Translations under genes and position numbers: made by a program | In this document: piece after piece, positions 1 through 11,810 of the stretch | Layout: every line of letters starts with the position of its first letter | How positions within the stretch are numbered: the first letter of the stretch is position 1 | The notes under the pieces: generated by a model | Told to the model about the DNA's origin: nothing | What the model saw: only the letters and a program-made list of their open reading frames with translations | The model's database searches: none | Source: Isurus oxyrinchus | Taxonomy: Eukaryota | DNA length: 64,000 nt | Assembly (NCBI GenBank): GCA_026770705.1 | Contig: JANJGN010000022.1 | Span: 6,324,001-6,388,000, forward strand | Direction: 5' to 3'

Positions 1-389
1 AGCATTTTCAGTTTTTAAATTAAAAAATCACTTTGACGTTGTTTCTCTGCACTGTTTGAGTAAAAGAACAATGCTGCCCTCTGTTGGAAGTTCCAGCTCA
101 TTGTGCTGCTTCAGAGTAAAAGCCCATAAATTCATGGGGATTTTTCTGTGAAATGACTAAATCTTCAGATTGTCGGAAACTATACATAACGACTGAAGTT
201 GTGTGTCAGGATCCTGTGAAGGGTGCACAGACCCTAAGTGGGAATTGCCGGGGAAATTTAATCTACCGATGGGCAATTCCCCTGCTCCCAGCAACCCTCT
301 GAGTTAAAGTCAGGGATTTCAGTCAGATCTGTTGGATTTATCTGGGTAGTTACCCAGGAAATGTTAGATTAAAACCTGGGTAACTCCAC

Positions 390-759
390 AACTGACCCCC
401 AATCACCCAACTACCCAAGACCCAACCTGACTATCCCACCACCCACCCCACACGACTACCCCCAAACCCCACTCCTTCAACCACCTAACTAGCCCCTCAA
501 CCAACCGACCGACCAATCCCCGATCACCCAACTAACCCCTGAACCAACCCAACTACCCCCACCCTAACCCGACTACACCCCCAACCCAATTTGACTACCA
601 CCAAACTAACCTCCCACTGACCCAAGCCGACTACCTCCCCTAACCAGATTACCACCCCAACCAGACCCCTACACCTGACTACCCAACTACTCCCCAACCT
701 GACAGGACTCACCTGATCCACTTCACCCACCTACCAACTCACTCATCTACCCACCTACG
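390..759. repeat. C/A-rich degenerate tandem array (ccaact/ccgactaccc-like units)
   Basis: Strongly skewed low-complexity tract. A similar texture resumes at 2430-2500 after the nested LINEs. Confidence 0.75.
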
Positions 760-2428
760 AACATACAAATTAGGAGCAGGAGTGGGCCTTTCAGCCCATC
801 AAATCTGCTCTGCCATTCAATTAGATCATGGCTGATCTGATTGTGGTCTCAACTCCACTTTCCACCCATGCCCCAATAACCTTTGACTCCTTTGTAGTCA
901 AGAATCTAACTTTGCTTTAAAAACATTCAATGACCCTGCCCCCATCGCTGTCTGGGGAAGAGAGTTCCAAAGATTCACGACCCTCTTAAGAGGAAATATT
1001 TCTTCTCATCTGTTTTAAATGGGGAACCCCTTATTTTTAAACTGTGTCCTCCAGTTCTAGTCTCTCCTGCAAGAAAAAACATTCTTTCAGCATCCACCCT
1101 GTCAAGTCCCCTCAGGATCTTACATGTTTCAATAAAATCACCACTCAATCTTCTAAACTCCAATAGATTTTTTTTTTAACTTCATTCGTGAGATGTAGGC
1201 TTCACTGGCTGGGCCAGCATTTATTGCTCATCCTTAGTTGCCCTTGAGAAGGTGGTGTGCTGCCTTCTTGAACCGCTGCAGTCCATGTGGTGTAGGTACA
1301 CCCACAGTGCTGTTAGGGAGGGAGTTCCAGGATTTTGACCCAGCGACAGTGAAGGAACGGCGATATATTTCCAAGTCAGGATGGTGAGTGTCATGGAGGG
1401 GAACTTCCAGGTGGTGCTGTTCCCATTTATCTGCTGCCCTTGTCCTTTTAGATGGTAGCGGTAACGAGTTTGGAAGGTGCTGTCAAAGGAGCCTTGGTGA
1501 ATTCCTGTAGTACATCTTATAGATGGTACACACACTGCTGCTACTGTGCATCTGTGGTGGAGGGAGTGAATGTTTGTGGATGTGGTGCCAGTCAAGCAGG
1601 CTGCTCTGTCCTGGACGTTGTTAAGCTTCTTGAGTGTGTTGTCCCCACAAACTCATCCAGGCAAGTGGGGAGTATTCCATCACACTCCTGATTTGTGCTT
1701 TATAGATGGTGGACAGGAGTTGGGGAGTCAGGTGGTGAGTTAATTATCGCAGGATTCCTAGCCTCAGACCTGCTCTTGTAGCCACAGTATTTATAAGTCT
1801 AGTCCAGTTCAGTTTCTGGTCAATGGTAACCCCCAGAATGTTGATAGTGGGGAATTCAATGATGGTAATGCCATTGAACATCAAGGGGCAATGGTTATAT
1901 TGTCTCCAATTGGAGATGGTCATTGCTGGCATTTGTGTGGCGTGAATGTTACTTGCCACTTGTCAGCCCAAGCCTGGATATTGTCCAGGTCTTGCTGCAT
2001 TTGGACAGGGACTGCTTGACTGAGGAGTCAAGAATGGAGCTGAACAATCATCAGCGAACATCCCCACTTCTAACCTTATGATGGAAGGAAGGTCATTGAT
2101 GAAGCAGCTGAAGATGGTTGGGCCAAGGATATATAGGCCCAGCTGTCCAACCTTTCCCCGTAAGATAACCCATCCCAGGTATCAGTCGAATGAACCTTCT
2201 TTCTAATGCATTTATATCTGTTCTTAAATAAGGAGACCAAAACTGTACACAGTACTCTGGATGTGGTCTCGCCAATGCCCTGTACAACTGTAGCAAAACA
2301 TCCTTATTTTTATATTCCATTCCCATTGCAATAGACAACATTCCATTTACCTTCCTTATCACTTGCTGTACCTGAATGCTAACCTTTCCTGATTCATGTT
2401 CCAGGACAGCTAAATCCCTCTGTACCCT
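760..2428 (-). mobile_element. CR1 3' fragment, split by a nested LINE at about 1170-2130
   Basis: The minus-strand peptides LYRALARPHPEYCVQFWSPYL (2140-2360) and EFRRLSGDFIETCKILRGLDRVD (975-1163) are consecutive parts of CR1 ORF2. Confidence 0.85.
1170..2130 (-). mobile_element. 3' fragment of a second CR1-group LINE family
   Basis: Encodes INILGVTIDQKLNW and is reverse-complement similar to 20090-21040. Carries the tail gggatgggcaataaatgctggcc-like followed by (ATGA)/A. Confidence 0.85.
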
Positions 2429-3038
2429 CTACCGCTCACCATTTACCTATTCACTCAATCACCTATTCATCCGCTCACTCATTAGCTAACGCACACTCAT
2501 TCATTAAAAAACTGGGCTTTAAATACTTATCAGAATACTGCAGCTAGTTGTGCAAAAAAGGACCGTGTCTTCTGCACAGGTGTCTACATGGACTCTGCAT
2601 CATGGAACGGAAGTCAGATCTTTTTAAACGTGACCAGGTGAAAGTGCACAGTTTTCTGAGTGATCAGTGTCGGACGCAGAGGTATTGATGCGAACCACAA
2701 GATTTGGGCCTATAACACTTACAATCCACAATATAATCTGCTTACTTACAAATTTATTTTTATTTTGTTAATCATTGACTTCAACAGAAGGGAAAATTTG
2801 AAGGAGGAAGGTGTATAGTGAGCGCCTGATCCATTTTGCAAATAAGACTCTCATTTTGATTTTTCACATTCATGCTTAAAAAAAAAGATTGGTGAACACA
2901 GCAAAATTTCACCCAAGCCACATTTTAATTGGCTGTTACTTCTTTGTTATTTCATTTCAGCTATTCCAATTGCAATTGTAGGTGACTTAATACATTTAAG
3001 TTTGTTCGGACAAGACTTAACCAATTAAGGCAAAACAG

Positions 3039-3176
3039 ATCTGAAGAAGAGTCATGTAGACTCAAAACGTTAACTCTTGTCTTTCTCTCCACAGATGCTG
3101 TCAGACCTGCTGAGTTTTTCCAGCATTTTTTGTTTTTGTTTCAGATTTCCAGCATCCACAGTATTTTGCTTTTATC
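3039..3176 (+). mobile_element. Short Penelope pLTR insertion with 14-bp target-site duplication
   Basis: ttaaggcaaaacag at 3025-3038 and 3177-3190. The insert begins at a hammerhead-like CTGAAGA-A-GAGTC-atgta-GACTC-aAAAC-GTT-AACT. Confidence 0.85.
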
Positions 3177-4283
3177 TTAAGGCAAAACAGGACTCTTTGG
3201 ATAGCGAATTTAGAAAGTTTATTAAAGAAAAGGTATACTTAAGCTTAGGACAATACCTCTTACAGCTTCAGCTGGTTAATCAGACCATTGAAAGGTCACA
3301 TTCACCCTCTCAGGTCTCTGGTCTTGATCTTGAACCCGCTTGTGGAGATTGCCATGTGGTTCATACTCTGGAGTCTCCAAAATCTGGCTAGCAATGAAAC
3401 CCTACTGAACCTCTACATTTATCCTGTAAATCATCATCACAGCATGTTGGAGTTAGGCCATTGTTGACTTAATGATTGGTTCTAATTGTTGTTAGGTGAA
3501 TTTGATTGATTTTTAACTATTCTTTCAGTTGATATTACTTGGTTCAAAAGGATATCAATGTATCATCCATGAAGAACAATGGCTTCATTACTCTACCAGT
3601 TTTAACCTGATCATGAACATCTAATTCAGACTCCTAAAGACCATGATGTACTGTACCTTATCAGGGTCAGAAAGATACCTTTGTTCAAAGTGTTCTGCTG
3701 AGACTAAACTTTCTAGAGACCTTCAGCTTATGCAGTTATTATACATTGATACTTTAAATGAAACCTTGTCTTTCTAATTTACTTAGTAATTACGTTAATT
3801 CTCTATTTTTAACTTAATCAAGTCTGACTATTTGTACAGCCTCTGTTTCATGACTGACTATAACATAATACAATGGTTTGATCAATACATGTCATTAATA
3901 CAGAATACAAAATGCAGGAAATAAAATGGCTGAAAACACCACATGTTAGTGTTAAAATGACTTCCTTGACCTTGTTAGTTATTTCAGTGAATACAGTATA
4001 AAAATGGTTGTTACACTAAAAACTAACTATCCAGACCTACCAACAATGAACACAGCAAAATTGCACCCAAACCACATTTTAGTTGACAGATATTGAAATT
4101 TACAAAACGTAGGAATTTTAATTATTCTGATGAGAACTTCCTGTAAATGCGCATCCATCAGTAATATCTTATTGTTCTTAAACAATTGCAGTCATATAAT
4201 GTAACCTGCTTTATTGTGAGATATAGCACCATGGGGCCTGTTTTTGAAATTGTCTCCAACAGTAACCACACAGATCAGGAAAT

Positions 4284-6600
4284 AGAGCAGTATGTTGATG
4301 AACCAACTAGAGAACTGGCTATTTTATACCTGGTATTATGGAATGAGGAAGGACTAATTAATAATCTTGTTGTAAAAGAACCTTTAGGAAAGAGTGACCA
4401 TAATATGATAGACCATTAAATCTGAAAATGATGTAGTTCAACTGGAAACCAGGGTCTTAAATCTGAACAAAGGAAATTATGAAGGTATGAGGGACAAGTT
4501 GGCTATGGTTGATTGGGAAAATACATTAAAAGGTATAATGGTAGACTGATAATAGCTAGTATTTAAAGAATTAACACATGGTTTACAACAAATACATATT
4601 CCTTTAAGGCACAAAAACCCTACAGGAAAAAATGAGCCAACCATGGAAAACAAAGGAATTTAAAGATTGTATTAGAGGTTTATAAAGTTTCCAAAAAAAG
4701 GTAGTAAGCCTGAGGATTGGGTGTAGTTTAGAACTCAGCAAAGGAGTACCAATAAAATGATAAAGAGAGAGAGAATAGAATATGAATGTAAACCAGAAAG
4801 AAACACAAAAACAGACTGTAAAAGCTTTTATAGGAATGTAAAAAGGAAAAGATTAGCAGAGACAAATGTGGATCTATTACAGGCAGAGACAGCAGAATGT
4901 ATATTGGGGAGTGGGGAAGTGGCAGGGAAGCTAAAGAATTACTTTGTGTCGGTCTTCATGAAGGAAGATCAAAAAGCCCCCAGAAATAATAGCGAACCAA
5001 GGGACTAGCAGGAATGAGGAACTGAAAGAAATTAGTATTAGTAAAAAGTAGTGCTGGAGAAATTAGTGTGACTGAAAGTTGATAAATTCCCAGAACCTAA
5101 TGATCAACAACCCAGAGTGTTGAAAGAGGTAGCTATAGAGTTAGTGGGTGCATTGGTGGTCATCTTTCAAAATTCTATAGATTGTGTAATGGTGCCTGCA
5201 GATTGGAAGATTGCAAATGTAGCTTCACTATTTAAAAAAAGAGGGAGAGAGAAAACAGGGAACTACAGACCTGTCAACCTGATGTCAGTAGTAGGGAATT
5301 TATTACAAAGAATGTGATAACTGGACAACTAGTAAGTGATGATCTGATTGGGCAAAGTCAACATAGATTTATGAAAGGGAAATAATGTTTGATAATCCTT
5401 TATTAGTTTTTTTGAGGATGTTACTAGCAGAATAGAGAAGGGGGTACCAGTGGATGTGGTGTATTTGGATTTTCAGAAGCTTTCAATAAGGTCCCACATA
5501 GGAGGTTAGTAAACAAAATTGGAGCACATGGGGTTGGGGGTAATATACTTGCATGGAATGAGAATTGGTTAATGGACAGAATATAGAGTAGGAATAAACA
5601 GATCATTCTCAGGTTGGAAGGCTGTGACTAGTGGGACACCACAAGGATCAGTACTTGGGTCCCAGCTGTTCACAATCTATATCAATGATTTAGATCTGAG
5701 GACCAAATGTAATATTTCCAAGTTTGCGGATGACACAAAACTAGGTGGAATTTATGTTGTGAGACTTCGAGGGGATTTAGACAGGCTTAGTGAGTGGGCA
5801 GGAACATGGTAGTTGGAATATAATGTGGGTAAGTGTGAGGTTATCCACTTCGGTAGGAGGAATGGGGGTGCAGAGCATTTTTTAAATGGTGAGAGACTGG
5901 GAAGTGTTGATGTCCAAAGGGACCTTGGTGTCCTTGTTCAAAAGTTACTGAAAGCTAACATGTAGATGCAGCAAGTAATTAGGAAGGCAAATGGAATATT
6001 GGCCTTCATCACAAGTGGATTCCAGTGAAGGACTAAAGATGTCTTATTTCAATTGTATAGAACTTTGGTTAGACTGCACCAGGAATATTGTGTACAGTTT
6101 TGATCCTCTTACCTAAGAAAAGATATACTTGCCATACAGGCAGTGCAGCGGAGGTTCAGCAGACTAATTCCTGGGCCAGCAGGACTGTCCTATGAGGGGA
6201 GATTGAGGAGACTGGGCCTGTACTTTCCAGACTTTAGAAGAGTGAGAGGTGATCTCATTGAAAATTCTTAAGGGGCTAGATGGGGTATACACAGAAAGGA
6301 TGTTTTCCTTGGCAGGGGTGTCTAGAACCATGTGACACAGTCTCAGAATAAGGAGCAAACCATCTAGAACTGAGATGAGGAAGAATTTCTTCACTCAGAG
6401 GGTAGTGAACCTTTGGAATTCTTAACTCAGTCATTGAGTATGTTCAAGACAAAGATCGATAGATTCTCAGATACTAATGAAATCAAGAGATATGGGGATA
6501 GTGTGGGGAAATGGCATTGAGGTAAATGGTCAGCCATGACCTAGTTGAATGATGGAGCAGGCTCGAGAGGCTGAAATTCCTATTCCTGTCCCTATGTTCC
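4284..6600 (+). mobile_element. 5'-truncated, decayed CR1 LINE (end of endonuclease, RT, 3' UTR)
   Basis: Fragments LGKSDHNMI, VPADWKIANV, NYRPV, GTPQGSVLG and KFADDTKLGG with many stops, followed by a CR1-like 3' end. Confidence 0.9.
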
Positions 6601-6835
6601 TCATAGCAGGTATATACCAGCAAATATACCCCAATATACCAAATTTGCTGATGTCCGTGAGTAAGGAGCTTGGTCCCTGTACACCCATGCAGAATCTTCC
6701 TATTTCCTGTCAACTTGAGTGGAGTTAAATAAAGAGAAAGGAGCTTGCATTTATATAACAGCTATCATGGGCTCAGGACATCCCAAAGTGCTTTTACAGT
6801 CAACGAAGTAGTTTTGAAGTGCAGTCACAGTCATT

Positions 6836-6937
6836 GGGCAGAATTTTACAGCCCCCTTTCGGTGGGGATGGCGAGGCATTATAATCCCCATTGACTGCAG
6901 CGGGAACGTAAAATCCCGCTGTCATAAAATTCTGCCC
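6836..6937. mobile_element. 102-bp MITE with perfect 13-bp TIRs, inside a SINE
   Basis: gggcagaatttta (6836-6848) and taaaattctgccc (6925-6937). Same TIR family as 62426-63141. Confidence 0.75.
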
Positions 6938-7859
6938 CTAATGTAGGAAATGAGGCAACAAATCTGAACACAGCAAGTTCCCATTGGAAAAAATTAGGAA
7001 CTTTTTTTTTATCCAGAGTGTGGTTAGAATGTGGAACTCACTACCACAAGGAGTAGATTCAGCAAGTGGCACAGATGAATTAATGGGGATGCTAGATTAA
7101 TATATAAGGGAGAAATGAATTGAAGGTTATGCAGGTAGGGTTATATAGTAGTGGAGGAGTCCCATGTAAAGCGTAAACATTAGCAAGGACTAATTGAGCC
7201 CAATGCACTGACTCTGTGCTAAACACTACGTATAAAAATGATCAGATCATCTCTTTCAGTAATGTTGGTTGAGGGATAAATATTAACCAAAACACTGGGG
7301 GGGAATCCTCTGTTCTTTTTCTAAATAGTGCCCTGGGATCCTTTATATCACCTGAGAGGCAGATCAGGCCTTGATTTAATGTCTCATCCAAAAGACAGCA
7401 CCTCTGACGGTGCAGCTCTCCATCAGTACTGAAATATCAGCCTAGATTATGTGCTCTGGTCCCTGGAGTGTGTGTTGAATCCCCAACCTTCTGGATCAGA
7501 GGCAAGAGTGTACCCACCGATCCACAGCTGATACCAAACTAATTAACGGGAAGTAGAAAAAATTCTTAGAAGAAATTAAATAACAAACCAAATGATCAGC
7601 AAGCGTAAAGACAGCTTTCCCATTTATTTCTCTAACTGATTTACAATTTTATCTAAAATCTGTTTAATCTTTTCAAATAAGAAATCTGGCAAGAATGAAG
7701 AGAATTGTCCTAAGAACTCGAAAGGTCAGAATGAATATTATTATCCGATTGAAGTACGTATTTAAATGGTTGGGGGGTGGAAATAAAAGTAGGGAAAAAA
7801 GAGACAGAGAAACACTTTAATTTAGAAGGGAAGAAATGGTGAATAATTGATGGGGGTTC

Positions 7860-8220
7860 AGTGCCCAAGGTAATTTCAGCAGCTCACACTATCTCACAAA
7901 GACATTTAGTAGTGATTGAGATCAAAGTGTTGGAAGCCCCTGCTGCTAAACTGAAAGGCAAAACTCGCTGCTGCTCCTAATAATATCATCTTTATGCAAC
8001 TAATAAACTGCACACTTCAGTCAAACTATATCATTACAGAGGACTTAGGGAGCTAATAATTTAAAAGCACAGAAACAGCCTTTGTTCTTCACTTTGAACC
8101 AAACAACATACTGTTGAATGAGGGGGAACATCAAAGGTTTGTCGCTATTACCACAGTTGCTAAGGCATCAGGCTGCAGAGCCTGGACCACAGCTCCTGAC
8201 TAAGATTAAAGATAGGGGAT
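7860..8220. promoter_or_regulatory. Candidate Wnt-responsive enhancer (TCF/LEF motif cluster)
   Basis: AGATCAAAG 7919-7927, CTTTGAA 8092-8098, ACATCAAAG 8128-8136 and SOX-like CCTTTGTT 8079-8086, in non-repeat DNA. Motif evidence only. Confidence 0.4.
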
Positions 8221-11200
8221 TATCAGATCATGGGCAGTACCTGCTCTTTTCATTTTATATTAGTTACTGTCAGTGGACAGGATACCTACCAATCAATGAA
8301 TTTTCTTGCATAAAGGCATGAGTGATTTAAGCTTTTTTTGCCCCTTCCTGTAATTTCTCTTTCTATCTCCAAACTTCTGTGATAATTTTTACTGTCCTTC
8401 CTGTCACTTTTCTTCAATAATATCAGCATAATATTGGAAAACAGCTGCCACCTCAATTATGTCCCAGTTTCACTCCAGAGTTTACAATTGGTTAGTGTCT
8501 GCTTGGTGTTCCTGCCTTCCATTCCACACACACACCTTGCCTTCCTCTTACCTTCACTGTCCTACACGAACACACGTCCGCAGCAGGAGGAGCCAAGCTC
8601 CTTGGCACCTGGAGTACTGCTGGGGAAGAGGCATCCGTGTGGTCTGAATCAGATGACAAGCCTCCGGATACAGCCTTCCAACGCATTGCGGAGAGTCAGC
8701 AGAAGGCAGGGAAACATCAGGCAGAGCTGTTGGAAACCCTCATCAGGGTGACACACCAGTCGGAGGAATGCGTCTGCCTGCTCTCTGATGAAGTGGCGCC
8801 CACATGTGTGTGTGTATGGAGGTCTCTGTGGGAAGGATGGCGGATGCCATGTAGACCCTGGTCCAGGAGAACGTGGAGATGCACGCAGACCTGCACTGTA
8901 TCGCGGTAGCCATGGGTGAATTCCTACAGTGGCAACATGAAAGGGAATGGGCCACCTTGACATCCCTCCAGGTGCTCCTTCCTCTCAAGGAGTCATGCTA
9001 GGACCCTTGCGCGCCTGAAGGGAGGAGGAGCAGCACTGGACACCCCTGGGTCATCCACTCAGGAATCTCAGAGGCTGTCCGCTCTCTCCGAGTTCCCTTT
9101 GCATGTGACCCTCCTCAACCGCATTCTCTGTCACCGCAGAGGGAGCAGCCGGCCCAGAGGAGGACAGCCAAAGCAAGCCCTGGCCCTCAAGGCCTCAGCT
9201 CTCCGGAGGATGCACACCAAAGTCATCAGAGGCAACAGAGCCAACCTTTGCACAGGCTGTCTCCGCCCCTGCTGCAGATGTCAGGGTAGCACCTAGAAGA
9301 AGTGGCAGGCCTAGAAAAGTTAAGAAATTCTGAAAAGTTAAGAAAGTGGTTGCACGGGTGAACATATTTTGTCACTTTATAACCTGAAGATATATTCACT
9401 TTCACTGAATAATGTGTAATGTTGTCTTTCATCTTCACTGACAAGCTTCACAAGTCCTCCTTTGGCATTTCCTCCCCCTCACCCCCCACTAGCAGTTCAG
9501 CTGCAAGCAGCCGGGCCACGAGTCATTCTGGAGGGAGAAGTGTTTGTGGCAGGGCCTTTTGGAGCCTCATGCAAGAACTCTCCCATACATGCAGATCCTT
9601 CATCCATCACACTCACCTCACTGTCCTGAGCATTTTCAATGCTGCCTGCTGGACTTCTCTTTCAGTTGTCCATCTGAGCTGACCAGCATCTCCGCCCCCA
9701 CCCCACTGATTGTATTCCCATGCAGCAAATGTGCCCATCCAACGTGAGGCGCTGCTCACTTTTGATTTTGACAACTATGGCCGTAGTCAGATTTTTGCTC
9801 AATTCCCCCATCCTTTCCTCTCTCCCAGTCCCCCATGTCCTGTCCCCATCACTGTTGACCCCACTGGCATCACCTTCCACCTCCCCACTGTCACCTACCA
9901 ACCCAAACCCTTGTCTTTCCAGGAAGTCTAGGTGAACATGCATGTTCCCTACCTTCCTGAGTATCCCATCCCCATCTACATTGACCCCCCCCCACCCCCC
10001 CCCCCCCCGGGCTCCTCCTTCCCACCCCTGGGCCCATGTCTGCCTCCGAGTCCCCAGAAACCCTTCTCGCCGTCCCTTCTCCACTACTGATGCACCCTCA
10101 CGGTCCCACCCTTCCACTCCCTCTGCCCCCCCTCTAATACTCACCATTCCCTCCTACCACGCCCACCCTCAGTTTCCTCTCCAAGAGGCAGTCATTGACT
10201 CCACAGACCTCTCTCTTGTAATTCACCTGGACATCACCACCACCCCCCTCACCCCCAACCCCTTACTTCCTCCTGTACCCGTACACTCTCCTCCACCCTG
10301 GACACCTTCTCCCTGCTGAACTCAATCCTATGCCGGACACCTTCCTTCCCCTAGATTCCTTCTCTTGTACCTTCTTCTCCCCCACCCCCCACCACTTACA
10401 TCTACCAACCCATTTGCCACATTCTCCCCCGTTATACATTCCTCTTCCTGTACTCCCCCCCCGCACCCCTCCGAACCTCACACCCCCTGACACCCTCGGT
10501 CTCCCCCCCCACCCCTCCAATCTCACCCTCACCAGCACACCTACCTCTCCCAGTCAAACCTAGACCTTCCTGTCTCATCCCAGCCCTCCCACCGGTACAC
10601 CTCCCTCTCCTACTCCCAGCTGAACCTTCCTCTCTCCCTCCTCCCTGAGCATCTGTAGCAGCCCATGGCCAAGACCCTAATGTTCTGAAGCAGACCCAAG
10701 GCATCAATGGAGACCTCCCACCTTCTGAGGCCTGCTTCGTGGTGGAGCTACGTCCATGAGAATCCACGCAGTATGCTATGCATGTGTTACCCCACAGTCC
10801 GGGAGCTGTAGCTCTCCAGGAACTTCTGCTCCTTGGACATCTGCAATCTGAGCAAGGCCCTAACGTTAAGTCCTGACATCTGCACGCCACACTTGTCCAG
10901 ACGTGTTCTGGGCTGATGTGTTTTCCCACAGCGTGACGGTAAATCTGGTGTGGGGGGATACATCCTGTGGGACTTTACTTTGCATCCCATTGGCAGGATG
11001 CAAAGCGGATTCACGCCAGCCTCCAGCAGGATTGGTGTTCCACCATGACAGACACCATCGGATAATCCTGCTGTGCAAAACCGATTTTTTGGCCTTCTCA
11101 CCATATCACTCCGTCCACCCCCCCACCCCCCCCCGCCCCACCCCCCAACCCCCCACCCCCCACCCCACCCCACCCCATCCCTAGTATTTCCTACTGTGGT

Positions 11201-11279
11201 TTGGCATCACATTTTGTTCGATAACACCTTGGGATGTCATACTACATTAAAAGCACAATGTAAATAAAAGTTTTTAAAA

Positions 11280-11810
11280 GTTCATTCATGGGATGTGGGG
11301 TCACTGGCTAGGCCAGCATTTATTGCCCATCCCTAATTGCCATTGAGAAGGTGATGATGAGCTGCCTTCTTGAACCGCTATAGTCAATACAGTGTAGGTA
11401 CACCCACAGTGCTGCTAGGGATGGAGTTCCAGGATTTTGACGCAGCAAAGTTAAGCATCGGCGATATATTTCCAAGTCAGGGTGGTGAGTGGCTTGGAGG
11501 GGAACTTCCCGGTTCTGGTGTTCCCATGTGTCTGCTGCCGTTGTCCTTCTAGATGGTAGTGGTCGTGGGTTTGGAAAGTGCTATCTAAGGAAGTTTGGTG
11601 AGTTCCTGCAGTGCTTCTTGTAGATGGTACACACTGCTGCTATTGTGTGTCAGTGGTGGAGGGAGTGAATGTTTGTGGATGGGGTGCCAATCAAGCGGGG
11701 CTGCTTTGGCCTGGATGGTGTCCAGCTTCTGGAGTGTTGTAGGAGCTTCACTCATCCAGGCAAGTGCACACTCCCGACTTATGCCTTGTAGATGGTGAAC
11801 AGGCTTTGGG
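11280..11810 (-). mobile_element. 3' fragment of the second LINE family
   Basis: Nucleotide similarity by eye to 1180-1720 and, reverse-complemented, to 20500-21030. Confidence 0.8.
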
